Shown: positions 38,724 through 47,680 of the stretch, in pieces | Layout: the number at the start of each line of letters is the position of its first letter | How positions within the stretch are numbered: the first letter of the stretch is position 1 | Assembly (NCBI GenBank): GCA_050730755.1 | Contig: JBOHNR010000008.1 | Location: 79,968 to 143,967 of the forward strand | Length of the DNA: 64,000 nt | From: Candidatus Saccharimonadales bacterium | GTDB lineage: Bacteria; Patescibacteriota; Saccharimonadia; Saccharimonadales; UBA4665 | Reading direction: 5' to 3' | Translations under genes and position numbers: made by a program | The notes under the pieces: generated by a model | The model's input: the letters and a program-made list of their open reading frames with translations, nothing else | Told to the model about the DNA's origin: nothing | The model's database searches: none

Positions 38724-39881
38724 GTGGCCGCAAGAGCTGAAAAGCTACCTGGACAATATGACAATCACGATCAAATTGATCGTCAGTTAGGTTTATACGA
38801 TGAAGCTTCGACTTTATTCGCCGAAACTCTTGATGGCAACATGCGGACCGAGTTTTTACTCCGCTTTGACGGAGAAGAGCTTTATAGTCACGACGGCCAG
38901 GCCTTAAAGTCTGTTTTTCAGGATTCGATAAATGCGGCTGAGAAACTAGCCGAAAGCCAACCTAATTTTTTATTCGAACTAAGACGACGTCAAATCGAAC
39001 TAGAAGAGTATCAGGATATGCTGGCTTTGGCACGAAGTGGAAAGCATAACACCATGGTAGTAGTATCGGACTTTCCACCTGAACTGATGACTGCAAAAGA
39101 AAGTATGGGTGGCTATAATAAAAGCCGCCAACAAACGATGTTAAGAGTCATTACGCGGCAAGCTGGCGGGTCGCTGAGAATGATCTCGCAGAGCTTGGAT
39201 CGTTCCAACCGCCCAGCTCTGGAGGCTATTTACGCTCATTTCGGACTTAAACCAAATGACGGCGAATTGTTAGGCCAGCGGATCTTCACTGAAATTGCCC
39301 AGGAAGAGCAAGTTTATCTGGATGATTTTTTAACTGGTCTTTATGATAAGTCTTTGACTGATCAATACGGTGGTCATTGGTATGCTGGGCGAAGTAGTGG
39401 AGACACCGACAACACCTATGACTTTGTCAGGCGGCAATCTGATTTATTGCACTATTATGTCCAGTCCAGGCTAGATAATTCAGATTGGGTTGAAAAACTA
39501 GACTATAACGTGGCGGCAACTTTTGCCAAACGTTTCAAGCGATATTCAGAGCTTAAATATGACTACCAGTTTAACCCCTCTGGACTACCCCACAATCTAA
39601 TGGCTGAAGTAGCCAATGACGGCGCCAAAGCTCAGGCTCAAGGTCTTAGTTTCAACAGCTGTGGTACTACGCTTGGGCCGTCTGAATCGGATCTTCAAAA
39701 GGCCGGTTATGGGAATAAGACAAATGAAGCTAGTTCGTATAAGTTTGATAAAAAGATGTACTGCGTTGTTTGCCAGGTACCACCCAAAGAAACCGAGAAA
39801 CCGAAAATGTGCGGACCTTGCGGCATCTGTCAAAAGTGTGACCTAAAACTTAGTAGTCACCCAAAAGTCACAGTCATTTAA
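38724..39881 (+). CDS. Uncharacterised 385-aa protein with a C-terminal six-Cys cluster
   Basis: Long clean ORF. GTG start 12 nt after GAGGG (first in-frame ATG only at 38838). No TM or signal peptide. C-terminus MYCVVCQ-x14-CGPCGICQKC (zinc-ribbon-like). I recognise no family. Confidence 0.55.
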   Translation: MAARAEKLPGQYDNHDQIDRQLGLYDEASTLFAETLDGNMRTEFLLRFDGEELYSHDGQALKSVFQDSINAAEKLAESQPNFLFELRRRQIELEEYQDMLALARSGKHNTMVVVSDFPPELMTAKESMGGYNKSRQQTMLRVITRQAGGSLRMISQSLDRSNRPALEAIYAHFGLKPNDGELLGQRIFTEIAQEEQVYLDDFLTGLYDKSLTDQYGGHWYAGRSSGDTDNTYDFVRRQSDLLHYYVQSRLDNSDWVEKLDYNVAATFAKRFKRYSELKYDYQFNPSGLPHNLMAEVANDGAKAQAQGLSFNSCGTTLGPSESDLQKAGYGNKTNEASSYKFDKKMYCVVCQVPPKETEKPKMCGPCGICQKCDLKLSSHPKVTVI

Positions 39882-39981
39882 GTAAAGATTAATTTAAGAT
39901 AACTATTTCCCGATCAACCAGGTGTCAATTCATTCAAATACCAACCTAAGATTGGTCTAATCGGATTTTTTCAATAAGTTT

Positions 39982-40644
39982 CTAGCTTGGATTTTGCTTA
40001 GCTATGGCCGCATTCAGATAGGTCGAGAAGGCAGCCACGCTTGGTTCATCGTTAGAACCGATCAGATTTTCGTTATTTAAAGTTTTACCGTCAAGAATAA
40101 AGGTGGGTGTGGCCATTTCGTCGCCAGTCTTATTGAAGGCAGCGATGTCAGCGTTGATAGCGTTATTGACTTGATTGCTGGCGTAGTCCTTGTTAAAAGT
40201 AGTCATATTTAAGCCAAGTTGTTTGGCATAGGAATCGAAGTAGGTTAGGGGGTTACTCGATGATACCCACTGGGTTTGGTTATCGTAAAGTAAATCGTGC
40301 ATCTGCCAGAATTTATTCTGGTCACTGGCCGCTTCAGCTGCCCGAGCACCGGCAAAAGCATTAGGGTGAATTTGGGTCAGCGGCAGATTACGGAACTGGA
40401 ACTTTATTTGAGTTATATAATCGGCCACGACTTGCTTAACTGTCGGGTAAAACTCTTCGCAAATAGGGCATTCATAATCGCCATACTCGATTAAGGTAAC
40501 ATGTTTAGTGTCACTGCCCTCGACATGCTCAGTTGGCTTAGTGTTAGTATTGCCTGAGTTTGCCTGATTATGATTAGTCACTAAGACAATGCCACCAAGT
40601 ATAGCCGCGATAATTATAACTGCTAACCAAAATTGTTTTGACAT
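39982..40644 (-). CDS. DsbA-family thiol:disulfide oxidoreductase, membrane-anchored
   Basis: N-terminal TM and thioredoxin-fold CxxC (YECPICEEFYP). Confidence 0.7.
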   Translation of the reverse strand: MSKQFWLAVIIIAAILGGIVLVTNHNQANSGNTNTKPTEHVEGSDTKHVTLIEYGDYECPICEEFYPTVKQVVADYITQIKFQFRNLPLTQIHPNAFAGARAAEAASDQNKFWQMHDLLYDNQTQWVSSSNPLTYFDSYAKQLGLNMTTFNKDYASNQVNNAINADIAAFNKTGDEMATPTFILDGKTLNNENLIGSNDEPSVAAFSTYLNAAIAKQNPS

Positions 40645-40785
40645 ATGACGGCTATTCTCCTCAACTAGAATTGACTAGTAATAGTTAGTATACAACACTG
40701 TACTAAAGACAAAATGTAAAGCCTTTTTGGCTAGAGTAATCACCATAGCCCAAAGCGCTTAGTAAATGCTAAGATAAGAAATAGT

Positions 40786-41844
40786 ATGATCGCCTTTATA
40801 CTAGCAATTATTTTGATCTTATTAGCTATTGTGGCTCTAGCCCTCGAAAAGACTTACTTTAATCTTCCAGCTAAGGAATTAAAGAGATTGGCTGTCCTAG
40901 GTGATCCACTATCTAAAACTTTGTACCGAGCTGAAGCGTACGGCTCGGAACTAAAATTACTGCTCTGGCTTATAGCCGGGCTAAGTGCCGCTGGCGGCTT
41001 CGTTCTTTTGGCTCGCCTTGCTCCGGCCTACTTGGGATTTTTAGTTGTTGTGATCAGCCTTTGGCTAGCTTTTGTGTGGATACCCCGTAGCCGGCTAACT
41101 AATGCCGGCGTCAAACTGGCGGTGATTTGCACGCCAACGCTGGTCCAAGTCTTAAGAATTTTTCATCCAGTTGCCGTCTTTATGGCTAGTTATAGCGGCC
41201 GCTATGTCGCCGATCCGCACACCGGTCTTTATGAAACAGACGATGTCCTTGAGCTAATCGAAAGACAAAAAGGTCAACCAGATAACCGGATTGGCCAAAG
41301 AGAACTGGAACTGATGCGCAATGTTTTGCAGTTTGGCGACCACCACGTCAGGGATTTAGTTATACCTAAACGAAAAGTTAAAGCGCTTAATCTGGACGAT
41401 AATATCGGGCCGGTCTTACTTGATGAGCTACATGCTAGCGGTCATGTCCGTTTTCCGGTTTATGAGAGTAAGTCGACCAACATAGTCGGTACATTTTCGA
41501 TCGATCACCTGAAGGATATAACTACTCAAGGTAAAATCAAGGACTATTATGAACGACGAGTCGCCTATGTCCACGAAGAGGATAATCTGCAGGCAGGTCT
41601 AAGGGCATTTTATGAAACGCAGCAGCCGCTGTTGGTTGTGGTCAATGGCTTTAATGAATACGTTGGCATTATCACCCTGCACGATACTCTCCATCGTTTA
41701 CTAGGTACCGATGATGGCCAAACCGCTGAAAGTCATAGCGACCGTAAAGCGGTGGCCGCCCGTTATACCCATCCGGATGATCCGCTGCCTGAGCCAAAAC
41801 TAGAAGAAAATGTAATTGAAAACTCATCTGAGGTGGTAGAATAA
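40786..41844 (+). CDS. CNNM/DUF21 + CBS-pair membrane protein (HlyC/CorC-type transporter without CorC_HlyC domain)
   Basis: Four N-terminal TM helices, then a CBS pair (VRDLVIPKRKV...GIITLHDTLHRLLG). Confidence 0.7.
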   Translation: MIAFILAIILILLAIVALALEKTYFNLPAKELKRLAVLGDPLSKTLYRAEAYGSELKLLLWLIAGLSAAGGFVLLARLAPAYLGFLVVVISLWLAFVWIPRSRLTNAGVKLAVICTPTLVQVLRIFHPVAVFMASYSGRYVADPHTGLYETDDVLELIERQKGQPDNRIGQRELELMRNVLQFGDHHVRDLVIPKRKVKALNLDDNIGPVLLDELHASGHVRFPVYESKSTNIVGTFSIDHLKDITTQGKIKDYYERRVAYVHEEDNLQAGLRAFYETQQPLLVVVNGFNEYVGIITLHDTLHRLLGTDDGQTAESHSDRKAVAARYTHPDDPLPEPKLEENVIENSSEVVE

Positions 41845-41920
41845 CTTCAAAGATGAGCCGAGAGCCGATTAGGCTCATAGCTAGAGTAATAAATTTAGCT
41901 GAGCAAGGGAAAGAGTATAG

Positions 41921-43231
41921 ATGAGAATACTGAGTAATGACGTCAAAAACCACGTTGGTGAAAAACTCCAGGTTGAAGGCTGGCTTCACAAAAAGCGTCT
42001 GCTCGGTGGCTTAACTTTCATAAACGTTAGAGACCGCCGTGGTCTTATCCAAGTTGTTCTCGAAGATAAAACTGAGGTTGAAAAACTACGGGGTTTGCAA
42101 ATTGGCACGATTTTAAAAGTTAACGGCACAGTCGTTTCGGAGTCCCGGGCACCAGGCGGGGCTGAACTACATGACGCCAGCTTGGAAATTATGGTGCCAG
42201 TTAGCGCCGAGCCGCCAATTGAAATCGACAAACCAATCGATCACAAAGCCGAGAATCTTGATACCTTGTTTGAGTACCGTGTTTTAAACGTTCGCAATTT
42301 GACCGAACAAACAATTTTTAAAATCCGCTCAGCAATGCTAGGTTATCTGCGAGACTTTCTAACCGACCATGAATTCATTGAGATTCAAACGCCGAAACTA
42401 ATTGCCGGCGCCACTGAAGGCGGTACCGAACTGTTTAAGGTCGATTATTTTGGCCAAGAAGCCACCTTAGCTCAAAGTCCTCAGCTTTATAAGCAAATTA
42501 TGGTTGGTGCCTTTGAGCGAGTTTTTGAAATCGCTCCAGCTTTTCGGGCTGAACCGAGCGCTACCACCAGGCATATGAGTGAAGTCATGATGCTTGATTT
42601 GGAAATGGGTTTTGTAAATAGCCACGATGAAGTTCTGGATATGATCGGCGATATGACGGTCTATGCTCTTAAAAAGGTTTACCAGCAGCACGAACCGGAA
42701 TTGAAGTCTTTAAACGCCCCGCCTCTAATCCTTAACGGCAAGGTGCCTAAAATGACCGTTACCAAAATCCATCAACTTTATAGCCAAGCGATGAACAAAG
42801 ACACGACTAAAGAAAAGGATCTTATACCAGAGGAAGAACGTTTCATCTGCGATTATGCCAAGGAAAAGATGGGCAGTGAACTAGTTTTTGCCACTCACTT
42901 TCCAGTCGAAGCCATGAAATTTTATCATCAGGTTAACCCAGATGACCCAAGTACCGTTTTATGGGGTGATTTGCTCTTCCGTGGTTTGGAAATCGCTACC
43001 TGTCCGCTGCGCGAATATCACTACGAGAAATTAATCGAACAAATGAAAAAAGCCGGCTTAGACATTAATCACCCGGGGTATAAATACTATTTACAAGCCT
43101 TTAAATACGGTTTGCCCCAACACGGCGGCTGCGGCTTCGGGATCGATCGTTTTGTCGAAAAAACAATTGGTCTTTCTAATGTTAAAGAGGCAACACTGTT
43201 TCCAAGAGACATAAACCGACTGACTCCATAA
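41921..43231 (+). CDS. aspS: Class IIb aspartyl-tRNA synthetase, short archaeal/eukaryal type (AsnRS not excluded)
   Basis: N-terminal OB fold (VEGWLHKKRLLGGLTFINVRDRRG), motif 2 FRAEPSATTRHMSE, motif 3 GGCGFGIDRFV. 436 aa. Confidence 0.7.
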   Translation: MRILSNDVKNHVGEKLQVEGWLHKKRLLGGLTFINVRDRRGLIQVVLEDKTEVEKLRGLQIGTILKVNGTVVSESRAPGGAELHDASLEIMVPVSAEPPIEIDKPIDHKAENLDTLFEYRVLNVRNLTEQTIFKIRSAMLGYLRDFLTDHEFIEIQTPKLIAGATEGGTELFKVDYFGQEATLAQSPQLYKQIMVGAFERVFEIAPAFRAEPSATTRHMSEVMMLDLEMGFVNSHDEVLDMIGDMTVYALKKVYQQHEPELKSLNAPPLILNGKVPKMTVTKIHQLYSQAMNKDTTKEKDLIPEEERFICDYAKEKMGSELVFATHFPVEAMKFYHQVNPDDPSTVLWGDLLFRGLEIATCPLREYHYEKLIEQMKKAGLDINHPGYKYYLQAFKYGLPQHGGCGFGIDRFVEKTIGLSNVKEATLFPRDINRLTP

Positions 43232-43276
43232 TTTTCGAAGTCACAACATAAGCTAAAATTCACCAAGACTATTTTT

Positions 43277-43711
43277 TTAAGCAGTTGGACCAAATTCGGG
43301 CAGTATAAAATTATCGGTCGATATGTCTTTGGCAACCCGGGCAGCCTCGGCTATTAGTTGGTCTGGCGTCAGGGACGGAATATCTTCCCAGAAATCCTCA
43401 CTCAAACCTAGATCTACCCGATCATCTTTGGCGGGCCCCGTGTAGCCGTGCTCACAAACTCTTTCAGCTAAGGCAGCCAATCTAATTTCTCGGCCACGAT
43501 GTACCAAAGCACCTAAAAGGTCATCATGGGTATGTCTTAAGAATCTCCGTTGATAGGTTAAAAAATATTCAGAATCTTCTTTGGCGCTTTGAATATCACG
43601 ATTTTTGAGAATCGTCCGAAGCTGGACATCGCTGCCGAGATGTTTATGTATCTGTTCAATATTGAATCTAGCTGGGCTGGGCTGAATTGGTCGTTTCTGC
43701 CATGTACTCAT
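43277..43711 (-). CDS. Hypothetical protein (144 aa)
   Basis: Clean ORF. No recognisable motifs. Confidence 0.4.
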   Translation of the reverse strand: MSTWQKRPIQPSPARFNIEQIHKHLGSDVQLRTILKNRDIQSAKEDSEYFLTYQRRFLRHTHDDLLGALVHRGREIRLAALAERVCEHGYTGPAKDDRVDLGLSEDFWEDIPSLTPDQLIAEAARVAKDISTDNFILPEFGPTA

Positions 43712-43952
43712 AAATTTAGTCTACATCAGCTGTCAATAATCTTTCAAATAAGTTAAACTTTTTGGCTGTCTAGGCAGCCTAAAAAGCCTCTAAATCGCAG
43801 GCTAATCAATGAATTGAAACCAGCCTATGCAAATGTAGGTTAAAAAAGCAAAATTAATCTGTTATTTTTAATTTCTTTTCTACCTATCCTTTATATATAA
43901 TATATATACTTCATAAACTTACTTATATTAATGGTGGGATTAAGAGTCAATC

Positions 43953-44735
43953 ATGAAGACCATTCCCGTATATCGAAGACCATTAAATAAATCGCAAATA
44001 AAACTTTTAAAAACACTTTATAGATTCCGTTTCGCTAGCAGTTACCAGATAGCTAAAAGTCAGGGTAGATCGGTCAGAGTTATTTATGATCGGTTAAAAG
44101 TACTTCGTGATCAAGAATTTATTGGTCAAAACTATGACAGTAGTTACCGGATTAAAGACAAACCAGCCAGTTATTATCTTAAATCTAAAGCTATCCGTAA
44201 TTTAGCGTCGCAACCCGATACATCTAAGAAGGTGCTTAACAATATCTATCATGATAAAAATGCTTCTAAAGCCCATATTGACCATTGCCTGAGCCTCTTT
44301 ACGATCTACCTTGAAATCCAGCGGCTCTATAAAAATCAGCTCCAGTTTTTTACCAAGAGTGAGCTCTCTGGTCAGCCAGATTTACCAGACTATTTGCCAG
44401 ATGCCTTACTACGCCAAGCCGGCCGGAACGGTTATCCGGATGAAAATTACTTTCTTGATTACTATCAAGAATCCGTCCCTAATTTTCTACTCAGCCGGAA
44501 AATTAAAAATTACCTTTATTTTGTCAATATTGATTGGCTAAAACCAAAGCCGCCGACCATCTTAATGATCTGCCAGACAAAAATGATGAAAAGAAAGATG
44601 ATCGAAGTAGTTAAACGAGAACTCGATTTTTATTCCGCTGATATCAAATTTTTAGCTACTAGCTTATATGAACTCAAAAAGTGGCCAGATAAAAAAGAGA
44701 CTTACTGGCAGGAAGTTGATAACGACTATAACTAA
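43953..44735 (+). CDS. Replication-relaxation-family-like protein (wHTH N-terminus)
   Basis: LNKSQIKLLKTLYRFRFASSYQIAKS...RLKVLRDQEFIG wHTH pattern, then H..L / PDA / acidic motifs in the order I associate with the Replic_Relax family. Preceded by a very AT-rich 240-nt spacer. Confidence 0.45.
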   Translation: MKTIPVYRRPLNKSQIKLLKTLYRFRFASSYQIAKSQGRSVRVIYDRLKVLRDQEFIGQNYDSSYRIKDKPASYYLKSKAIRNLASQPDTSKKVLNNIYHDKNASKAHIDHCLSLFTIYLEIQRLYKNQLQFFTKSELSGQPDLPDYLPDALLRQAGRNGYPDENYFLDYYQESVPNFLLSRKIKNYLYFVNIDWLKPKPPTILMICQTKMMKRKMIEVVKRELDFYSADIKFLATSLYELKKWPDKKETYWQEVDNDYN

Positions 44736-44953
44736 CCAAATTTTTTAAAAAATAACTCTTTCTCGTATTTCGCTTTCCTTTTAGCTCATCAGCATAAGAA
44801 AATATTACTTATGGATACGAAAATCGATGACCTGGAGACTAAAAACTGCAAAAAGCAGTTAAAATCAAATCCAGGCCATCACCCCGGAGAGGTTTGGAAC
44901 AATTATGTCCCTCTCCCCTCCGGGAAAATGACTTTTTGACCACTTGGTCACTT

Positions 44954-45328
44954 TTAAGCGAGCCTTTTCAGCTGGAACCACTTACGGCCATCACCACCCG
45001 GAAGAAGCCATTGGCCAATATGCATGACGATGCCTATTAGAGCACAACTCAGCCCAATTAAGCCGCCTAGAAGCGCTGCCGTAACTGACCATACCATTAA
45101 CTCGGCCAGCGGTCCCAACAGGAAGCTCCAACGCCTTGTTTTGAGGCTTACGTTCTTAGGGTCATAGGCCCAGCCCAAGCCAAGCGACCAAATTAGTCGT
45201 TTGCTGGAATGATGCAGCAGAGCTGAAACTGGTTTACCGCCGCCAGCTTTGAGAACCACGTAGTGGGTGCCCTCATGGACGATAGTAGCCAACAAAAGTA
45301 TGACTAGCAGGACCCAGGTCGGATTCAT
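44954..45328 (-). CDS. Small membrane protein with an intramembrane HExxH motif (DUF3267/zincin-like)
   Basis: 124 aa. TM1 followed by VHEGTHYV. GGAG 9 nt upstream of the ATG. Confidence 0.5.
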   Translation of the reverse strand: MNPTWVLLVILLLATIVHEGTHYVVLKAGGGKPVSALLHHSSKRLIWSLGLGWAYDPKNVSLKTRRWSFLLGPLAELMVWSVTAALLGGLIGLSCALIGIVMHIGQWLLPGGDGRKWFQLKRLA

Positions 45329-45417
45329 GTTCCAAGCTCCGAGGTTATCATCTCAGCTTGGTCAGCCGGTCTGTTCACAGGTAACCTCCTTAAAGCCAAA
45401 AATTGGCAATTAACCTG

Positions 45418-45606
45418 TTAGCATCGCTCCATAAATGGAGTGCTAGCCAGCCATCTTTTAGCGCAATCTCGAGCGGCATTATCACTTCGGTGCTTATGTT
45501 GACAGTGCCAAAGAGTGTGACCGCCTTCGGCAATCACCTGAGCCTGTCTGGTGTGCTTGGAAGAGGCATGGCGTGGTCTTGAGAGTATCTTAATCCTGAC
45601 TATCAC
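45418..45606 (-). CDS. Small basic His/Cys-containing protein (62 aa)
   Basis: GTG start with GGAG 7 nt upstream. Motif HTLWHCQHKHRSDNAARDCAKRW. Confidence 0.35.
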   Translation of the reverse strand: MIVRIKILSRPRHASSKHTRQAQVIAEGGHTLWHCQHKHRSDNAARDCAKRWLASTPFMERC

Positions 45607-45666
45607 CTTTTTCTCCGCTTGAAAGGCGGCTAACTGGAGTTCTATTTTTAGAACTTCACCAACAAA

Positions 45667-45879
45667 CTACGAAGTATCTTGAACTTCGCTGACTAGCCAG
45701 GCACAAAAAACCAAGCAGCAGACTGGAGCGATGGCTAGAATGACTAGAGCCAGCAAGCCTAGATTGATAGCAATTTGCTCGATTAAGCCTGACGACGTCC
45801 AAATTGCCAGCAAGAAAGCAATGCCCCAGGCAACGGCTGAGCCCACTAGGGCTGCGGCATAAGCCGGCAGGTAGTGCAA
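45667..45879 (-). CDS. Small 2-TM membrane protein (70 aa)
   Basis: TTG start preceded by GGGGG. Two clear hydrophobic helices. Confidence 0.4.
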   Translation of the reverse strand: MHYLPAYAAALVGSAVAWGIAFLLAIWTSSGLIEQIAINLGLLALVILAIAPVCCLVFCAWLVSEVQDTS

Positions 45880-45992
45880 CCCCCAGTCGATTATCTTATC
45901 GGCTTTTTAAAAAGACTCCTCCTTTTTCCATTCCCAGTATGCCTGCCTGGGCGGTGTCTCGCTCGGAACTTGGTGCACGGGGTCTCTCCTTT

Positions 45993-46301
45993 TTACAAAT
46001 CGCTATTTTTATCCCTGTATTCTTTTAAATCAGCTAGGAAGCTTTCCCGCCACTTGGCATTGTCTCTTCGTTCTAAGACGGTTATTGGGAAGAAAATCAG
46101 CAGCCAGACACTTAGTAGCAACAGGGCTGCTCCAATGGACCAAGCCAGGCTAAATTGGCTGGCTTTACCCCATTGGAGAAAGAAACCGGCGCCGAAGAAA
46201 AAAACCGTCAGACCAGTTGACAGTGAAACGGTTAGAACCAAGTCGCACTCTTTGACTGATAACTTCGACTTGTTGGGCAGAAGATACCTAAGCACAACCA
46301 A
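45993..46301 (-). CDS. Small 2-TM membrane protein with a charged C-terminal tail (about 101 aa)
   Basis: AAGGAG immediately upstream (start TTG 46301 or GTG 46298). Two TM helices. Confidence 0.45.
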   Translation of the reverse strand: MVVLRYLLPNKSKLSVKECDLVLTVSLSTGLTVFFFGAGFFLQWGKASQFSLAWSIGAALLLLSVWLLIFFPITVLERRDNAKWRESFLADLKEYRDKNSDL

Positions 46302-46337
46302 TTCTCCTTATTTTATGATCTATCAGTTAACAGTTGG

Positions 46338-46547
46338 TCACATAGAACTCAGGGAAGTTGCTGACCATATCCTGACTGACAAGGTACCTATTGCTACCAG
46401 GGCAGCGAAGATAGAAGTCATCATCAGATCGAACGATTGATGGGAATTAATCGTCACAGCAGTTGTGATGAAGTAACAAAAGACGAGACAGAAGTCGACT
46501 AAAATTGTTCGGCGCCTTTTCTCCCTAGATTTATTGCTGGCCCTCAA
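46338..46547 (-). CDS. Small 2-TM membrane protein (69 aa)
   Basis: TTG start with AAGGAG 9 nt upstream. Basic N-terminus plus two TM helices. Confidence 0.4.
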   Translation of the reverse strand: MRASNKSREKRRRTILVDFCLVFCYFITTAVTINSHQSFDLMMTSIFAALVAIGTLSVRIWSATSLSSM

Positions 46548-46895
46548 GGCGCTAACTCCTTTTGATCAGGTTAATAGTCCAATTCCCCAAGATGAGGAGC
46601 CAACCGACAAGTAGCTATCTATCAGGCTCGCTTCTCACCTTGAGATTGATCTTAGTGGTCAATAAATTGTCAAAGTACCTTGGAGATAAAGACCTACCTC
46701 AACAAAGTAGGCCTATTTTAACATCAACTATGCTGTATATCAATTTTAGCTGGACTTTTCAACCCTTTTATGGTAATAATTAATTACTCTATAGGGAGTA
46801 TTCCTAGCAATCGTTAGGTGGCTAAAGACGTCAGTTTTTAGTAACAGCGGTCCGGAGCTTGAACCGAGACATTTGACAAGGGGGACTGGTGTCCT

Positions 46896-47237
46896 ATGAC
46901 TAGGTCGGTTTCGATCATTGGCGGTGGTGATAAATTTACTCTGCTGGCACAAATGGGGTATCAATGCCAGTTTTCTACCGAGCGTCGTCCAGGTTTTCCA
47001 TTACAAGTAACTCCTGCCAATGCGCCGGAAGAAACTTGCTGGGTCAAGGCACAGATCGATTCGATCAAACCTCTTAGCGAAGAGGAATCGAAAATCACTG
47101 GTTTCATCGAACGGGAACGCTCAATGCCTAAGTGGCTTCAAGAGCTTTTTCCAGCGGCTCACCCAAAGATGTTCCATTTTAGAGGATTATATAACACACG
47201 CCTCCGAAAGGGTCAATTCGGCGAAGAGCTGAACTAA
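46896..47237 (+). CDS. Hypothetical protein (113 aa)
   Basis: ORF preceded by GGGGGA. No recognisable motifs. Confidence 0.35.
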   Translation: MTRSVSIIGGGDKFTLLAQMGYQCQFSTERRPGFPLQVTPANAPEETCWVKAQIDSIKPLSEEESKITGFIERERSMPKWLQELFPAAHPKMFHFRGLYNTRLRKGQFGEELN

Positions 47238-47244
47238 TAACCTA

Positions 47245-47280
47245 GGGGGGCGATGTTGATGCCTAATCGCATCGCCCCCC
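47245..47280 (+). terminator. GC-rich perfect hairpin (terminator-like, no U-tract)
   Basis: GGGGGGCGATG (47245-55) and CATCGCCCCCC (47270-80) form an 11-bp perfect stem with a 14-nt loop, 8 nt after the stop of 46896..47237. Confidence 0.4.
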
Positions 47281-47405
47281 AACCCTCAACACCTATCTCT
47301 CCTTGTCAAAAACTTATCAATTAGACCCAAAAGGTCTTGAAGATATTCAGCAAAAGTATTTTAGTGACTAATCTTATACTTTCGGAGCGTGCTAAGCTAA
47401 TAGGT

Positions 47406-47675
47406 ATGGAACCAACTAATCCCTCTGAGGGGCAGCCAACTGAAAAGCCGATCACACCAGTTATGGATGTCGTTGCTCCTCAACCCCTGGAAGCGACTAA
47501 AGCCCCAGTTAAAGACGAAGCCCAGCAGACTCCCAAGAACACCAAAAAACCTAGTGTCGCTAAACCACCGAAACAGCCAGGTAGCGGCGTTGGCTTAGCT
47601 ATCTCAGCGACCGTTATAATTGTGCTCGGCCTAGCCGCTCTGATGGTCTACGCCTATTTGAAAACCAAAAATTAA
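47406..47675 (+). CDS. Pro/Lys-rich protein with a C-terminal TM anchor
   Basis: First ATG of ORF 47337..47675. C-terminal GLAISATVIIVLGLAALMVYAYL. Confidence 0.4.
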   Translation: MEPTNPSEGQPTEKPITPVMDVVAPQPLEATKAPVKDEAQQTPKNTKKPSVAKPPKQPGSGVGLAISATVIIVLGLAALMVYAYLKTKN

Positions 47676-47680
47676 ACATT

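Noticed and set aside
38579-38764. Minus-strand 61-aa ORF listed in the track.
   Set aside because: It lies entirely within the promoter/riboswitch-like spacer and overlaps the start of the + strand gene. It has no SD and its sequence has no protein-like features.
41845-41920. Possible T-box leader upstream of aspS.
   Set aside because: Only 76 nt are available. The single hairpin (ATGAGCC...GGCTCAT) looks like the terminator of the upstream gene, and there is no specifier loop or T-box sequence.
44811-44939. 42-codon ORF (MDTKIDDLETKNCKK...) between the relaxation-like gene and the miniprotein operon.
   Set aside because: It has no SD or promoter-like signal and no recognisable terminator, so there is not enough evidence to call it.
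45874-46440. 188-aa + strand ORF opposite the miniprotein operon.
   Set aside because: It has Arg/Ser/Leu-rich, low-complexity composition typical of antisense translation, and no SD. The minus-strand ORFs each have an SD and clean TM helices.
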